Shown here one piece after another: positions 1 through 10,807 of a DNA stretch of 48,694 nucleotides. The DNA is from a bacterium. Its GTDB lineage: Bacteria; Cyanobacteriota; Vampirovibrionia; Gastranaerophilales; JBAXKC01. The translations under genes and the position numbers were made by a program. Under the pieces are notes generated by a model, which was given only the letters and a program-made list of their open reading frames with translations, had not been told where the DNA came from and ran no database searches. Position 1 is the first letter of the stretch, and the number at the start of each line of letters is the position of its first letter. The stretch is taken from the NCBI GenBank assembly GCA_037137535.1, contig JBAXKC010000022.1:1-48694 (forward strand). The letters are read 5' to 3'.

Positions 1-62
1 TTATAGACTCTATTTTACTGATTTTGTTTCATTTTTAACCAAACAGCTTCTTACATATAAAT

Positions 63-106
63 AGAATCTCTTTACTCCTAAGCAATAACAGGAGTAAAGA
101 GATTCT
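63..106. terminator. Intrinsic terminator-like hairpin
   Basis: 17-bp perfect inverted repeat AGAATCTCTTTACTCCT (63-79) / AGGAGTAAAGAGATTCT (90-106) just downstream of the minus-strand gene ending at 129. Confidence 0.7.
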
Positions 107-128
107 TAATAACTGTTATAAAATAATA

Positions 129-1363
129 TTAAATATTTTTAAATCGTTGTGAGATTAAACTATTCAGTTCAGGATTTCTTGCTCCAAATTTAGAAAGATT
201 TGATAAATGTTTTGTAGAGTCAGTTGATGAACTTATTTTATTATTGTTTCTGTATCCTATTCCTGCTTTATAGCCTGATATTGTATATAATACAGCTAAT
301 AAAGGTTCAATCCATTTAAATCCCGACAAAACGCCAACAGTTGCAACATTATCGGAATGAAGAGCTATATCCATTAATTCCGGTTTTCTTTCGTCGTTTT
401 TATTTTCTTTTTTTATTCCCAGTAACGGGTTAATTATTTGTTTTCCGATGAAGTTCGCTATATTACTCCCGCCTATTACACCAACTAAAGCAATTCCTCC
501 TATCATTCCAACAGCTCTTGCTAGCCTCGTGTTTGCCATTTTTAAAACATTTATTGAATCATTGTTAATATGGAATTTATTTTTTAATAAGTCAGGAATT
601 TTACTTATAGCTTCAAGTCCTCCTAATGCCAATCCTGCACCTACATTACAAAGGAAAATATTTGCGAAAAACTGGTAAAAACCTTCTTTTATTTTATCAG
701 GTATTTTTTCTTTAATATTTTCGGAATTTATTTTGTCGGCAATAATTCCTCCGCTTATCCCTCCTATTACAGGTATAGCCCCGAGCATTGAAAGATTAAA
801 TATTTCTCCAAAAATCTGTTTTACGCTGTGTGGTTCAGGCGAAGGAATAAGCTTTTCAACTAAATCATATTTTCCATCAAAAAGTTTGTTTAATAGATCT
901 TTATTTTCAGTAGATATTTTTTTCAGTTTATTAATATTTTTAGGAGAAATCATTTTATCTTTTGCAGTAACTATTATGTCGAAAAGCTCTTTTAAGGGTT
1001 CATGTCCTTTGATTTTAGCAAGAATATTTTCTGAAGCCTTTTTGATTTCTATTGTACTAGGCGTTTCTATAAAACCTTTAAAGAGTGTTTCTCCGTTGTT
1101 ATTCTTTAAAAAAGGAAGTCCTCTTGCTGCAATAAGAGAACTTGCAACAGTAAAAGCTAAAACTATAGAATTATTAATAAGCTTTTTATGTTTTTTTTAG
1201 TAGTTTCATTTTTAACATCAGAGTAAGTATCATAAATAGCATAAGTTATAGCTCCTGACGTTAGAGCAAGTGGTACTTTTTCCGATATGGCTTTAATTAC
1301 CATTGGTTGATCTACAAATTTAGCAAAAGTATGCAATTAATTTTTTATAATCAAAGTATTCAT
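129..1363 (-). pseudogene. Glycine-rich membrane hypothetical protein, apparently disrupted (in-frame stop plus homopolymer frameshift)
   Basis: The 129..953 frame stays open up to 1196. An ATG at 1363 with an AAGGA SD is in another frame, joined across the A8 run at 1191-1198. TAA at codon 9 (1339-1337). Hydrophobic GxxxG segments. Confidence 0.55.
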
Positions 1364-1554
1364 TAATTATCCTTTTAGTTCTTTATTGAGAATTACTATC
1401 AATAACAAGATATGGCAATTCAGAATGATTATCAATAAGCTCGTATTTTTCTATAAATAAATTTAAAGTCATTTTTTTGAACTATGATGAAATCAAAGAT
1501 TTTTGTTATACTTGGGCAGTAATTATATATGGAATTAAATAAAACAAAACTTAA

Positions 1555-3393
1555 ATGAAAAATTTTTTTGACGTAATTTCTAAAAAAATATCAACAATGA
1601 GCAAATCAGTTGATGAATATAAAGAAATAACCAAAACAACTCCGTTGCCTTCGAGAGCCTTTATAAATTGGGGTGTTTACTTGGCAACTATTGGTGATTT
1701 GGATAAAGCCATAGAAAAATTTGAAATTTCTAGTAATATGTCACCCAAAAACCCTGAAAGTTTAACTAACTGGGGGGTTGCTCTTGCTAAAAAAGGTAAA
1801 TTTGACGAAGCAATAGAAAAATTTATAGCAGCACTTAAAGTAGATTCTAAATATTCAAGAGCTTATTCATTATGGGGTGCTGCTCTCGTTGAACTTGGCA
1901 AAATGGATGAAGCTGAAAAAAAATATGAAGAAGCAATAAAATTAAATCCCAAAGACAGCGATACCTATATAAATTGGGGTATTGCCTTAGCAAAGCAAAG
2001 CAGAAAAATAGCAGCCGAAGAAAAATTTAAAAAAGCTGTAAGCATGAACCCTCGTTCACTTCAAGCAATGTTTTTACATGGTGTTATTCTTGCTGAACTT
2101 GAAAAATATGATGAAGCCTTATTAAAGCTTGATTTGGTTATAAAATCTATGCAAAACCATTCTGATGCTTGGCATTACACTTCTATTTGCATGCTGAAAA
2201 AAAATATGACAAAAGAAGCCTTTGACAGAGCTAAAAAAGCTATTGCAATAAATCCTCTTAAAATTGAATATCATATCAATGCAGGGGAAATATTAGCCAC
2301 ACATGGAAAGTATTCAGAGTCCATCGAGTGCTTTAAAATTGCTGAAAAATTAAATCATTCATCATCTGAATTATATGTTTCATGGGGTGTTTCTCTTCAA
2401 AAAAGCGGTGAACATCATGAAGCTATACAAAAAATTGAAAAAGCTCTTGAATTAAAACCTACAAGTGCAGAAGCTCTCTATCATATTGGCTTGTCATTAG
2501 CAGAAACAGGCGAATGTGAAAGAGCGATTGAGGTTTTAACCAAAGCGTATGAAAATGACTCAAGATATACTGATGTTTTCACAAAAATAGGTTCTATCTA
2601 TAACATACTTGGTGAGCCTATTAAAGCAATTGAATCTTATGAGAAATCAATGAGTTTAACCAGAAAAAATTCATTAGTTAATTTTTTAATAGCATCCACT
2701 TATTACAATATGTTTGATATGCAAAATGCTATAAAATACTACAATAAAACTATTGAATATCATCCCGATCACCTTGAAGCACACGTAACTCTTGCGATTG
2801 CTTTAAGTGAAACTGGAGAGCAGAAAGAAGCTATCAGAAAAATACGTGCGGCTTATAAACTTCAACCTACATCACATAATGTGAATTTTATCTATGGAAT
2901 GATCTTATCTAAAGATGATAAATCATTAAAAGAAGCCATCGAAAAGTTTGATAGAGCAATAAGTATTAGTAATGATGAAGTTTCAGTTCATATTGCAAAG
3001 GGCGAAGCCTTAATAAAGTTAAAGCGCTATAACGAAGCTATAACCATTTATAATGAAATTTTAGCTAAAGCCCCTGACTTTGTTGTTGCAATTTTTATGC
3101 TGGGTGTTACTTATGTTGAAATGGCTGATGATACAGGGAATACAAGTCTATACAGCAATGCAAGAGAATGTTTTAATAAAACGCTTAATTTGAATCATAA
3201 TCATGTTGAAAGCTATGCTAATTTAGCCTATATTAAAGCTAAACTGGGAGATTTTGACGGTTTTGAAAGAGATTATAGAAAACTTTATTCGGAGCATATT
3301 GAATCAAGAGCGATTATTCTTGAATATCTTATTGCCAGCGTTACAAAGTTAAAATATCAGAAACATATAAAAGAAATTATTGGAGAATTCTAA
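1555..3393 (+). CDS. Tetratricopeptide repeat protein (many TPRs)
   Basis: Repeated ~34-aa units with WG..L...G...EA...F/Y..A....P pattern over the whole 612 aa. Confidence 0.9.
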   Translation: MKNFFDVISKKISTMSKSVDEYKEITKTTPLPSRAFINWGVYLATIGDLDKAIEKFEISSNMSPKNPESLTNWGVALAKKGKFDEAIEKFIAALKVDSKYSRAYSLWGAALVELGKMDEAEKKYEEAIKLNPKDSDTYINWGIALAKQSRKIAAEEKFKKAVSMNPRSLQAMFLHGVILAELEKYDEALLKLDLVIKSMQNHSDAWHYTSICMLKKNMTKEAFDRAKKAIAINPLKIEYHINAGEILATHGKYSESIECFKIAEKLNHSSSELYVSWGVSLQKSGEHHEAIQKIEKALELKPTSAEALYHIGLSLAETGECERAIEVLTKAYENDSRYTDVFTKIGSIYNILGEPIKAIESYEKSMSLTRKNSLVNFLIASTYYNMFDMQNAIKYYNKTIEYHPDHLEAHVTLAIALSETGEQKEAIRKIRAAYKLQPTSHNVNFIYGMILSKDDKSLKEAIEKFDRAISISNDEVSVHIAKGEALIKLKRYNEAITIYNEILAKAPDFVVAIFMLGVTYVEMADDTGNTSLYSNARECFNKTLNLNHNHVESYANLAYIKAKLGDFDGFERDYRKLYSEHIESRAIILEYLIASVTKLKYQKHIKEIIGEF

Positions 3394-3490
3394 AAAAAAT
3401 TATACCAATTGTAACATTTTATTGATTTACAGGCACTTTTAAGTTATTAATAAGGTTTATCTAACGTAAACATCATTAGGAAATTAGAAA

Positions 3491-4738
3491 ATGAGTATAG
3501 TTGTTCAGAAATTTGGCGGAACATCAGTTGGAACAACAGATAGAATTAAAAATGTTGCAAAAGCTGTAATAAGAGAATATGAAAACGGTCATCAAGTTGT
3601 AGTCGTTGTTTCAGCTATGGGACATACTACAGATTACCTTGTGAAACTTGCAAATGATCTTACAACACAACCTAGTAATCGTGAAATGGATATGCTTCTT
3701 TCAACAGGAGAACAAGTTTCTATTGCCCTAGTTGCTATGGCTATTCAAGAAATGGGCTATCCGGCTGTAAGTATGGTTGCCAGTCAAATGGGAATCTTTA
3801 CGGAAGGTGTTCATTCAAAGGCAAGAATTGTTGAAATTAAAGCAGATAAAATAAAATCAACGCTTGATAAAGGAAATATAGTTGTAGCGGCTGGCTTTCA
3901 GGGCATAACAAAAGATGGAGAGATTACCACACTTGGAAGAGGTGGATCTGATACTTCTGCTGTGGCTCTTGCTGCTGCGTTAAAGGCTGAAAGATGCGAT
4001 ATTTATACGGATGTAGATGCTATTTATACTACCGATCCAAGAGTAGTACCTCAAGCAAGCAGAATTGATAAAATTACATTTGAAGAAATGTTAGAATTGG
4101 CTAGAGTTGGTGCAGGTGTTTTACATCCTCGCTCTGTAGAAACGGCAAAACAATTTAATGTGCCGTTAAGGTTAAGAAGCAGTTTTAAACAGGATGACTT
4201 AGGGACATTAATTGTAGGAGTTGACGAAATGGAAATCTATAGACCGGTTAGCGGCGTAGCAGCAGATTTATCTCAAATCAGAATTGTTTTTATTAATGTA
4301 CCTGACTCTCCGGGAACTGCCGCAAAAATCTTCAGTCATTTGGCAGAAAACCATGTAAGTGTTGATATGATTATTCAAGCTTATATTAAAGAAAATAACG
4401 CTAATAATATTGGCTTTACTATTTCTGAATCAGACTTTGATGGAGCAGAAATTGTAATTAAATCTATTCTTGAAGAATATCCTACTGCTGATGTTGTTAT
4501 TGATAAAGATATTGCTAAAGTTAGTATTGTAGGCGCAGGCATGATTGACAGACCTGGTATTGCAGCTGATATGTTTGATGCTCTTGCAGGTATAGACGTA
4601 AATATTAAAATGATTTCAACCAGTGAGATTAAAATTAGTTGCCTTGTTGAAAAATCAAGAGCCCATGATGCTATTAGAGCAATTCATACAAAGTTTGATC
4701 TTGATAATGAAGGAAACGACGTCGAAATTGAAAAATAA
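3491..4738 (+). CDS. lysC: Aspartate kinase
   Basis: VVQKFGGTSV, TTLGRGGSDTSA, YTDVD motifs; two C-terminal ACT domains ending ISTSEIKISC. Confidence 0.96.
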   Translation: MSIVVQKFGGTSVGTTDRIKNVAKAVIREYENGHQVVVVVSAMGHTTDYLVKLANDLTTQPSNREMDMLLSTGEQVSIALVAMAIQEMGYPAVSMVASQMGIFTEGVHSKARIVEIKADKIKSTLDKGNIVVAAGFQGITKDGEITTLGRGGSDTSAVALAAALKAERCDIYTDVDAIYTTDPRVVPQASRIDKITFEEMLELARVGAGVLHPRSVETAKQFNVPLRLRSSFKQDDLGTLIVGVDEMEIYRPVSGVAADLSQIRIVFINVPDSPGTAAKIFSHLAENHVSVDMIIQAYIKENNANNIGFTISESDFDGAEIVIKSILEEYPTADVVIDKDIAKVSIVGAGMIDRPGIAADMFDALAGIDVNIKMISTSEIKISCLVEKSRAHDAIRAIHTKFDLDNEGNDVEIEK

Positions 4739-5741
4739 ATTTTTTCAGAAAATAACAGTTTTAGTGTCGATAGTTTTGGTATTATCGGCACTATTTGTGT
4801 TTGGTACAAAAGCTCAAGCTGTTCATCCTTATAAGGATTTTAAACCTTTTAAATTCTCTTTTATTACAGATGCAAATTTGTCGTTAAATTGGAAAAATGA
4901 TTATATTCTTTATAACCTTAGTCAAATCATTTTACAGGATGCAATAAATTCTGCCAATAAAATCAAAGATAATGATTTTATTGTTTTTGGCGGTGATACT
5001 ATAAGTAATGAAGATGGCAAGTATTCTGAATTACAAACTTTTTTAGATCTTACAGAAACTATTAATTCGCCTTATTATTTGATTTTTGGAGATAAAGAAG
5101 CTAATACAAAAGAAGACTGCACTAAAAATGATATAACTTCAGAATTTAAGCGTAAAATTTTTACTGAGGAAAATAAAACCTATTGGAAGAGTGAACCTGT
5201 TGAAAATGTTGTTTTAATAGGACTTGATAGTTCTCAAACAGGTAAGACCGAAGGATATATTGATAAAGAGCAATTATGCTGGCTGGAAAATACGCTTAAT
5301 GATAATAAAGATAAATTTACTGTAATTCTTTTGCATCATTTACCAAAGCCATTAAGTGAGGATTTAAAGACACCTGATTTTAAAAACTTTTCTATAACCA
5401 ATGATGAAGAATTTACAGGCTTAATTGCAAAATATCCTCAGGTGAAATTAATTGTAAATGGTAATAGATATGTAAATTCAGTAAGAAAAATAAATAACAC
5501 ACTCTTTGTTTCTGTTCCCTCAATTGCTGTTTATCCTAATTATTTTGATGAAATAGAAGTTTCAGCGGATAAAGTTAATATAGTTCATAAAAAAATCAGC
5601 TATAAACAAATTATAAAACTGGCTAAAAATAATTTAGAAAAATCAGAATTAGCAAAGCAATATAACGCCAAAAAACCTAAAGAAATCATTAAATTAAATG
5701 AAGGTGACGAGTTTAGTAATATTGGTAGTTATCGTTTTTAG
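4728..5741 (+). CDS. Exported calcineurin-like metallophosphoesterase-fold protein with degenerate metal-binding motifs
   Basis: Signal-like N-terminus (..VLVSIVLVLSALFVFGTKAQA); motifs ITDANL, FGGDTI, FGDKE, LHHLP, NGNRY. Start probably TTG 4728 or ATG 4707, not 4623 (which overlaps lysC). Confidence 0.7.
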   Translation: MKNKFFQKITVLVSIVLVLSALFVFGTKAQAVHPYKDFKPFKFSFITDANLSLNWKNDYILYNLSQIILQDAINSANKIKDNDFIVFGGDTISNEDGKYSELQTFLDLTETINSPYYLIFGDKEANTKEDCTKNDITSEFKRKIFTEENKTYWKSEPVENVVLIGLDSSQTGKTEGYIDKEQLCWLENTLNDNKDKFTVILLHHLPKPLSEDLKTPDFKNFSITNDEEFTGLIAKYPQVKLIVNGNRYVNSVRKINNTLFVSVPSIAVYPNYFDEIEVSADKVNIVHKKISYKQIIKLAKNNLEKSELAKQYNAKKPKEIIKLNEGDEFSNIGSYRF

Positions 5742-5787
5742 GTTTATTTTATAGTTTTTTTATCGAATAAAAAAACAGAGGATATCT

Positions 5788-6072
5788 ATGAATAATATTC
5801 AAAAATTTGGAAGATATGCTGCAAGTGTAGCAATAACTGCAGGAATTACAGCAAAAACATTACCTGCAAAAGCTGTTGCAATAGAAGCTAAGTTGCCTGT
5901 TACTGAGCTTGTTAGTTTTCCTAAAATTATGGCTTCACAAAGAGTTGAACCCCCTAAAAATCCTAAAAGCATTGAGGGTGTACTATTTTATGTAGCTCAT
6001 TTTTCAGGTGTAGCTTTTTGGACTTTTATTGGAATTAAAGAAGCTGGAAAAAGAATATTTAAGAAGAAGTAG
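5788..6072 (+). CDS. Hypothetical small membrane protein
   Basis: GAGG SD, 94-aa ORF with a C-terminal hydrophobic segment. Confidence 0.6.
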   Translation: MNNIQKFGRYAASVAITAGITAKTLPAKAVAIEAKLPVTELVSFPKIMASQRVEPPKNPKSIEGVLFYVAHFSGVAFWTFIGIKEAGKRIFKKK

Positions 6073-6188
6073 TAGTAATTTCTTTTTATAAAATTTTAAT
6101 ATCAAATTTACTTAACAAAGCACCTTTTGATTTCTTTAGCATTTTATAATTTTTTTATGAAGAATAATAAAAAAATTATGAGGTAAAA

Positions 6189-7319
6189 ATGGTTGCTGTT
6201 ATCGATAAAAAAGAATTAAATTCTGTTGGTCTTGTCCAAACAGAATTTGTTTCTTTTTACGACAAAATTAAACTGGAGTGTGGTATTAATTTTGGACCTG
6301 TTACGGTTGCTTATGAGTGTTACGGTAAATTAAACAAGGCTAAAGATAATGCTGTTTTAATTTTACATTCACTTACTGAAAATGCCCATGCCGCTGGTTA
6401 TCATTCTGAGGATGATAAAAAAGCAGGTTGGTGGGATATGATGATTGGCTCAGGAAAAGCTTTTGATACTGATAAGTATTTTGTAATTTGCTCAAATGTT
6501 CTTGGCGGATGCAACGGAACAACAGGACCTTCTTCCATCAATCCTGAAACAGGCAAGTGCTACGGGCTTTCATTCCCTATTGTTACCATTCCTGATTTTG
6601 TAAAAGTTCAAAAAAAACTTATAGATTATTTAGGAATTGATAAGCTTCACAGCGTTGCAGGAATTTCAATGGGCGGAATGCAGGCTTTAGAATGGGCTGT
6701 TAGTTACCCCGACATGATGAAGAAGTTAATAGTTATTGGTTCTACTCATAGGTTATCAGCCTATGCTATAAGTTTGCATGAACTGGGGCGACAGGCTATT
6801 TATTTAGATAGTAATTGGAATAACGGTAACTATTATGACAAAGAACCTCCATTTAAAGGGCTTTCACTTGCAAGAATGATTGGAATGTCTTCATATTCAT
6901 CTCAAGAAGCGCTTAAAGATAAATTTGGCAGAAAATTACAAAATAAACAGAAATTAGATTATGATTTTGGAATAAATTTTCAAATAGAAAGTTTTTTAAA
7001 TTATCAAGGTAATAAATTCAAGAATGAGTTTGATGCAAACAGTTATTTGTATTTAACAAAAGCTACTGATTTTTATGATGTAATTGAAAAATATGGTTCT
7101 ATTGAGAATGCTCTTTCTGATTGTAATGCGGACTTTTATATTTTACCTGTCTCAACAGATATGTTAATTCAGCCTCGCCATTCTCAAGAAATAGTTGATG
7201 CGCTTAAAAGTCTTGATAAAAATGTAACCTTTAAAATTATAGAATCAAATCAAGGACACAATGCTCTTTTTATGGAGGAGGAAAAATTAACTAAGGTATT
7301 GAGTGAAGTATATAAGTAG
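6189..7319 (+). CDS. metX: Homoserine O-acetyltransferase (MetX family)
   Basis: GWWDMMIGSGKAFDTDKYFVICSNVLGGCNGTTGPSS, GISMGGMQALEW nucleophile elbow, FDANSYLYLTKA, C-terminal GH. Confidence 0.88.
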   Translation: MVAVIDKKELNSVGLVQTEFVSFYDKIKLECGINFGPVTVAYECYGKLNKAKDNAVLILHSLTENAHAAGYHSEDDKKAGWWDMMIGSGKAFDTDKYFVICSNVLGGCNGTTGPSSINPETGKCYGLSFPIVTIPDFVKVQKKLIDYLGIDKLHSVAGISMGGMQALEWAVSYPDMMKKLIVIGSTHRLSAYAISLHELGRQAIYLDSNWNNGNYYDKEPPFKGLSLARMIGMSSYSSQEALKDKFGRKLQNKQKLDYDFGINFQIESFLNYQGNKFKNEFDANSYLYLTKATDFYDVIEKYGSIENALSDCNADFYILPVSTDMLIQPRHSQEIVDALKSLDKNVTFKIIESNQGHNALFMEEEKLTKVLSEVYK

Positions 7320-7371
7320 TCGTTAAAAATTAGTTGTTATTTTAATTACTTAAGGTTGAGTTTTATTCATG

Positions 7372-7410
7372 ATAAATCAAAGGGTGCAAATCATGCACCC
7401 TTTGATTTAT
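7372..7410. terminator. Bidirectional terminator between convergent genes
   Basis: 17-bp inverted repeat ATAAATCAAAGGGTGCA / TGCACCCTTTGATTTAT. Confidence 0.75.
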
Positions 7411-8357
7411 AAATTATTATTTTCAGCTTTTAAAATGAAATTATAATTATGTTTTACTCCATTCATTTCAATGGGAAAAAATAGACTACCTTGATTTTTA
7501 TTATATATAGTAGAAGGAAATAAGAATTCTATTGGTTTTATTTTCCATCCAATATTATTTGCATAATAGACATTATCGGCTGGAGCAACTGAATCGAGAA
7601 TTCTTGATAATGGAGGTACTGTTGTATAATTTTGCAGATATCTAGTACTTAAATCTTTTATGCCAGAGTGTACTACATTATTTGCTACTCCTGCAATATC
7701 AACAATAGAAAGGTCATTCCAATTTATTGTTAATGGAAACTCCGTCTTGTTTTTCAATTCAAAACTAATACGATCTTCTTCTACTTCACCTTTAATTTCT
7801 ATTTTATCATCACTAAAGTTTAATATGTAATCATTTGTTGGATTAACTTTAATTTGATTTATAAATTTATAACTTATTATAGGGTATTTTTTAGCAGATT
7901 GAAGTAAAGATGGTTTCATTCTTTCAATTATTTTTTTAGATTTAAAACTAAGCTCTATTTCACCAAAAAGAGTTGGATCTCCAGGTGCCGTATACTCGTT
8001 ATAAATAATATTATATTTTTTTAAATATCTATTTAATGGATATGTAATACCTCCACTAATATTCATTTTTTCAAAACCATAAAAATAAATATTATTTCCA
8101 TATGGTGTTAATTTGAAAATAAGTGCATTTTTATCGTCTTTAAGGCTTTTAATAATAAAAATATCTTCATTATTGTTATCTTTTATTAATGTATATGTGG
8201 GATTTTCAGTAATAAAATTATTTATAAAATTATTTAGATTTTCAATCCTTATATTATTATAAATAAATGCTCTTTGAATTTCCAAAGATAATGCAGTCAT
8301 TTGCATACTAAAGGAAAGCAAAATTAATAATAAAGTGCCTAATAAAATTTTTTTCAT
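7407..8357 (-). CDS. Hypothetical exported protein
   Basis: 316-aa ORF, signal peptide MKKILLGTLLLILLSFSMQMTALS, AGGGG SD. Confidence 0.7.
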   Translation of the reverse strand: MKKILLGTLLLILLSFSMQMTALSLEIQRAFIYNNIRIENLNNFINNFITENPTYTLIKDNNNEDIFIIKSLKDDKNALIFKLTPYGNNIYFYGFEKMNISGGITYPLNRYLKKYNIIYNEYTAPGDPTLFGEIELSFKSKKIIERMKPSLLQSAKKYPIISYKFINQIKVNPTNDYILNFSDDKIEIKGEVEEDRISFELKNKTEFPLTINWNDLSIVDIAGVANNVVHSGIKDLSTRYLQNYTTVPPLSRILDSVAPADNVYYANNIGWKIKPIEFLFPSTIYNKNQGSLFFPIEMNGVKHNYNFILKAENNNL

Positions 8358-8391
8358 ATCGATACCCCTAATTAAAAAGATAGAAGCTCTT

Positions 8392-9114
8392 TTATTTTAA
8401 GCCCAAAACAGCCCTTTGCCTTTCAATTAATTCTTGAATCGCTTTTTCGCCAACTTCAAGCATTTTATTGAGTTCAATTTTAGTAAAGGCTTTTCTTTCG
8501 CTTGTGGATTGAAATTCTATAATTTGTCCTGATGCGTTCATTACGATGTTTGCATCAACTTCTGCTTTGGAGTCTTCAGGATAATCAAGGTCTAATAATA
8601 CTTGCCCATCTACTATACCAACGCTGATAGCTGCTATCGGTTCTATAATCGGGATTTCTTTTAACTTTCCTGATTCTTTTAATTTTCTTAAAGCGTCATA
8701 AGCTGCGATGTATGCCCCTGTAATGCTTGCTGTTCTTGTTCCGCCATCTGCCTGAATAACGTCAGCATCAATAGTGATAGTTCTTTCGCCTAGTTTAGAA
8801 AGGTCAATAGCTGCTCTTAAACTTCTACCGATAAGTCTTTGTATTTCTTGCGTTCTGCCAGAAATATTTGAACCTCTTTCTCTGCCTACTCTTGTGTGTG
8901 TTGAAGCAGGTAAAAGAGCATATTCTGCTGTCAACCAGCCTTTTCCACTATCTGCCAAAAATCTTGGAACTCTTTCTTCAATGTTTGCAGTAGTTATAAC
9001 TTTGGTATCGCCAAATTCCACAAGGACAGAGCCGTCTGCGTACTTGGTAAAATCTCTTGTGAAGCGTACTTCTCTAAGTTCGTCAAACTTTCTGTTTTCT
9101 CTTCTTGCGTTCAT
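8392..9114 (-). CDS. rph: Ribonuclease PH
   Basis: [52 protein letters not shown]. Confidence 0.97.
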   Translation of the reverse strand: MNARRENRKFDELREVRFTRDFTKYADGSVLVEFGDTKVITTANIEERVPRFLADSGKGWLTAEYALLPASTHTRVGRERGSNISGRTQEIQRLIGRSLRAAIDLSKLGERTITIDADVIQADGGTRTASITGAYIAAYDALRKLKESGKLKEIPIIEPIAAISVGIVDGQVLLDLDYPEDSKAEVDANIVMNASGQIIEFQSTSERKAFTKIELNKMLEVGEKAIQELIERQRAVLGLK

Positions 9115-9227
9115 TTTTGTACCTTCCTTTAAAACTAATTGTTTTCATGATAAAAATATCTTATTAATTAGTATATATCAAACAATTTTCGGGCAAAAAT
9201 CTTATTAAATTAGAGGAAAGTTAGAAA

Positions 9228-10805
9228 ATGACAGAAAAATTTTATATAACAACTGCAATAGACTATGTAAACGGAGTTCCTCACATAGGACATGCTTATG
9301 AAAAGATTGCAACGGACGTTTTAGCAAGACATTTCAAACAAAGGGGGAAAGATGTTTTCTTTCTTAGCGGAACTGACGAGCATGGCATAAAAATCGAGAA
9401 AACAGCAGCAGAAAAAGGTATTAATCCTCAAGAATTTACTGATGAAATTGCCGCACAGTTTCAAGAATGTTGGAAATTGCTTGATATAGACTATGATAGA
9501 TTTATCAGAACGACAGAACCCGACCATGTCAAGGTTGTTCAGCATATTTTTAAAACCCTTACAGAAAAAGGCGATATTTATAAAGCTTCATATACAGGGC
9601 TTTATTGTAATGGATGTGAGAGTTTTCTTTCTCCGAGAGATCTTGATGATGAGGGAAGATGCGTCCATCACCTTGCTAAACCTATAGAAGTTCAAGAAGA
9701 AAACTACTTCTTCAAACTTTCAAAGTATAAAGATGCAATTATTGAGCGTATTCAGAACAACCCACGTTTCGTAATGCCTGACTATAGACAGAATGAAATA
9801 ATTAATCAGCTTAAAGATATTGAAGATATTAGTGTTTCACGTTCTAAGAGTTCTGTAACATGGGGTATTCCTGTTCCTGATGATGATACACAGGTTATTT
9901 ATGTTTGGATTGATGCTCTTTCTAACTATTTGACAGGTGCGGGATATTTAACAAATGAAGAATCATATAAAAAATATTGGCCTGCTTCAGTTCATATGAT
10001 TGGTAAAGATATTTTGAAGTTCCACTCAATATACTGGATTGGAATTTTAATGGCTATGGATTTGCCTTTACCTGAAACAATTTTTGCTCATGGCTGGATA
10101 ACTGTAAATGAAGCTAAAATGGGGAAATCTTTAGGCAATGTAATTAAACCCGCTCAGATTTTAGAAGAATTTAACCTTGAAAAGTCAGATGTGTTCAGAT
10201 ACTTTATGATGACAACTACTCCATTCGGCAGAGATGGCAATTATAGCGATGAAGATTTTAAATCAAAGGTCAATGCTGATATAGCAAATAACCTTGGTAA
10301 TCTTTTAAACAGAACCTTAAATATGCTTGTTAAATATTTTGACGGAAATATAATTCCTGAAATAATTACAGGTGAAGAAAATAATCAACTTGCTTCTTCC
10401 TGTAAAGATACAATCGTTAAGCTAAAAAACGCTTTTGATGATTATAAAATCAATGATGCAGCTGAAATTATTATTTCGCTTGTGGATTCTGCAAATAAAT
10501 ATCTTAACGATAAATCACCATGGACTCTTGCTAAAAATCCTGAAAATATGAATTTATGCGGAAGTATTCTTTATGATGTGCTTGAAACGTTAAGAATAGC
10601 AAGTGTTTTAATCTCTCCATTTATTCCTAATCTTTCACAAGAAATTTGGACTCAGCTTTCATTAGAAGGGAATGCTTCATCTGTTAAAATTGATGATATA
10701 GCGTGGGGTGGTTTAAAAGCAGGTTTTGTGGCTTCAAAAGAAACAATAAAACCGATATTTTTAAGACTTGATTCTGAAATCGCAGGTGCGGAGAAAAAGA
10801 AATAA
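9228..10805 (+). CDS. metG: Methionine--tRNA ligase
   Basis: YITTAIDYVNGVPHIGH (HIGH), GTDEHG, YVWIDAL, KMGKS. Confidence 0.97.
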   Translation: MTEKFYITTAIDYVNGVPHIGHAYEKIATDVLARHFKQRGKDVFFLSGTDEHGIKIEKTAAEKGINPQEFTDEIAAQFQECWKLLDIDYDRFIRTTEPDHVKVVQHIFKTLTEKGDIYKASYTGLYCNGCESFLSPRDLDDEGRCVHHLAKPIEVQEENYFFKLSKYKDAIIERIQNNPRFVMPDYRQNEIINQLKDIEDISVSRSKSSVTWGIPVPDDDTQVIYVWIDALSNYLTGAGYLTNEESYKKYWPASVHMIGKDILKFHSIYWIGILMAMDLPLPETIFAHGWITVNEAKMGKSLGNVIKPAQILEEFNLEKSDVFRYFMMTTTPFGRDGNYSDEDFKSKVNADIANNLGNLLNRTLNMLVKYFDGNIIPEIITGEENNQLASSCKDTIVKLKNAFDDYKINDAAEIIISLVDSANKYLNDKSPWTLAKNPENMNLCGSILYDVLETLRIASVLISPFIPNLSQEIWTQLSLEGNASSVKIDDIAWGGLKAGFVASKETIKPIFLRLDSEIAGAEKKK

Positions 10806-10807
10806 CA

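Noticed and set aside
448-1200. Plus-strand ORFs 448..678 and 733..1200
   Set aside because: Antisense shadows of the minus-strand membrane-protein frame
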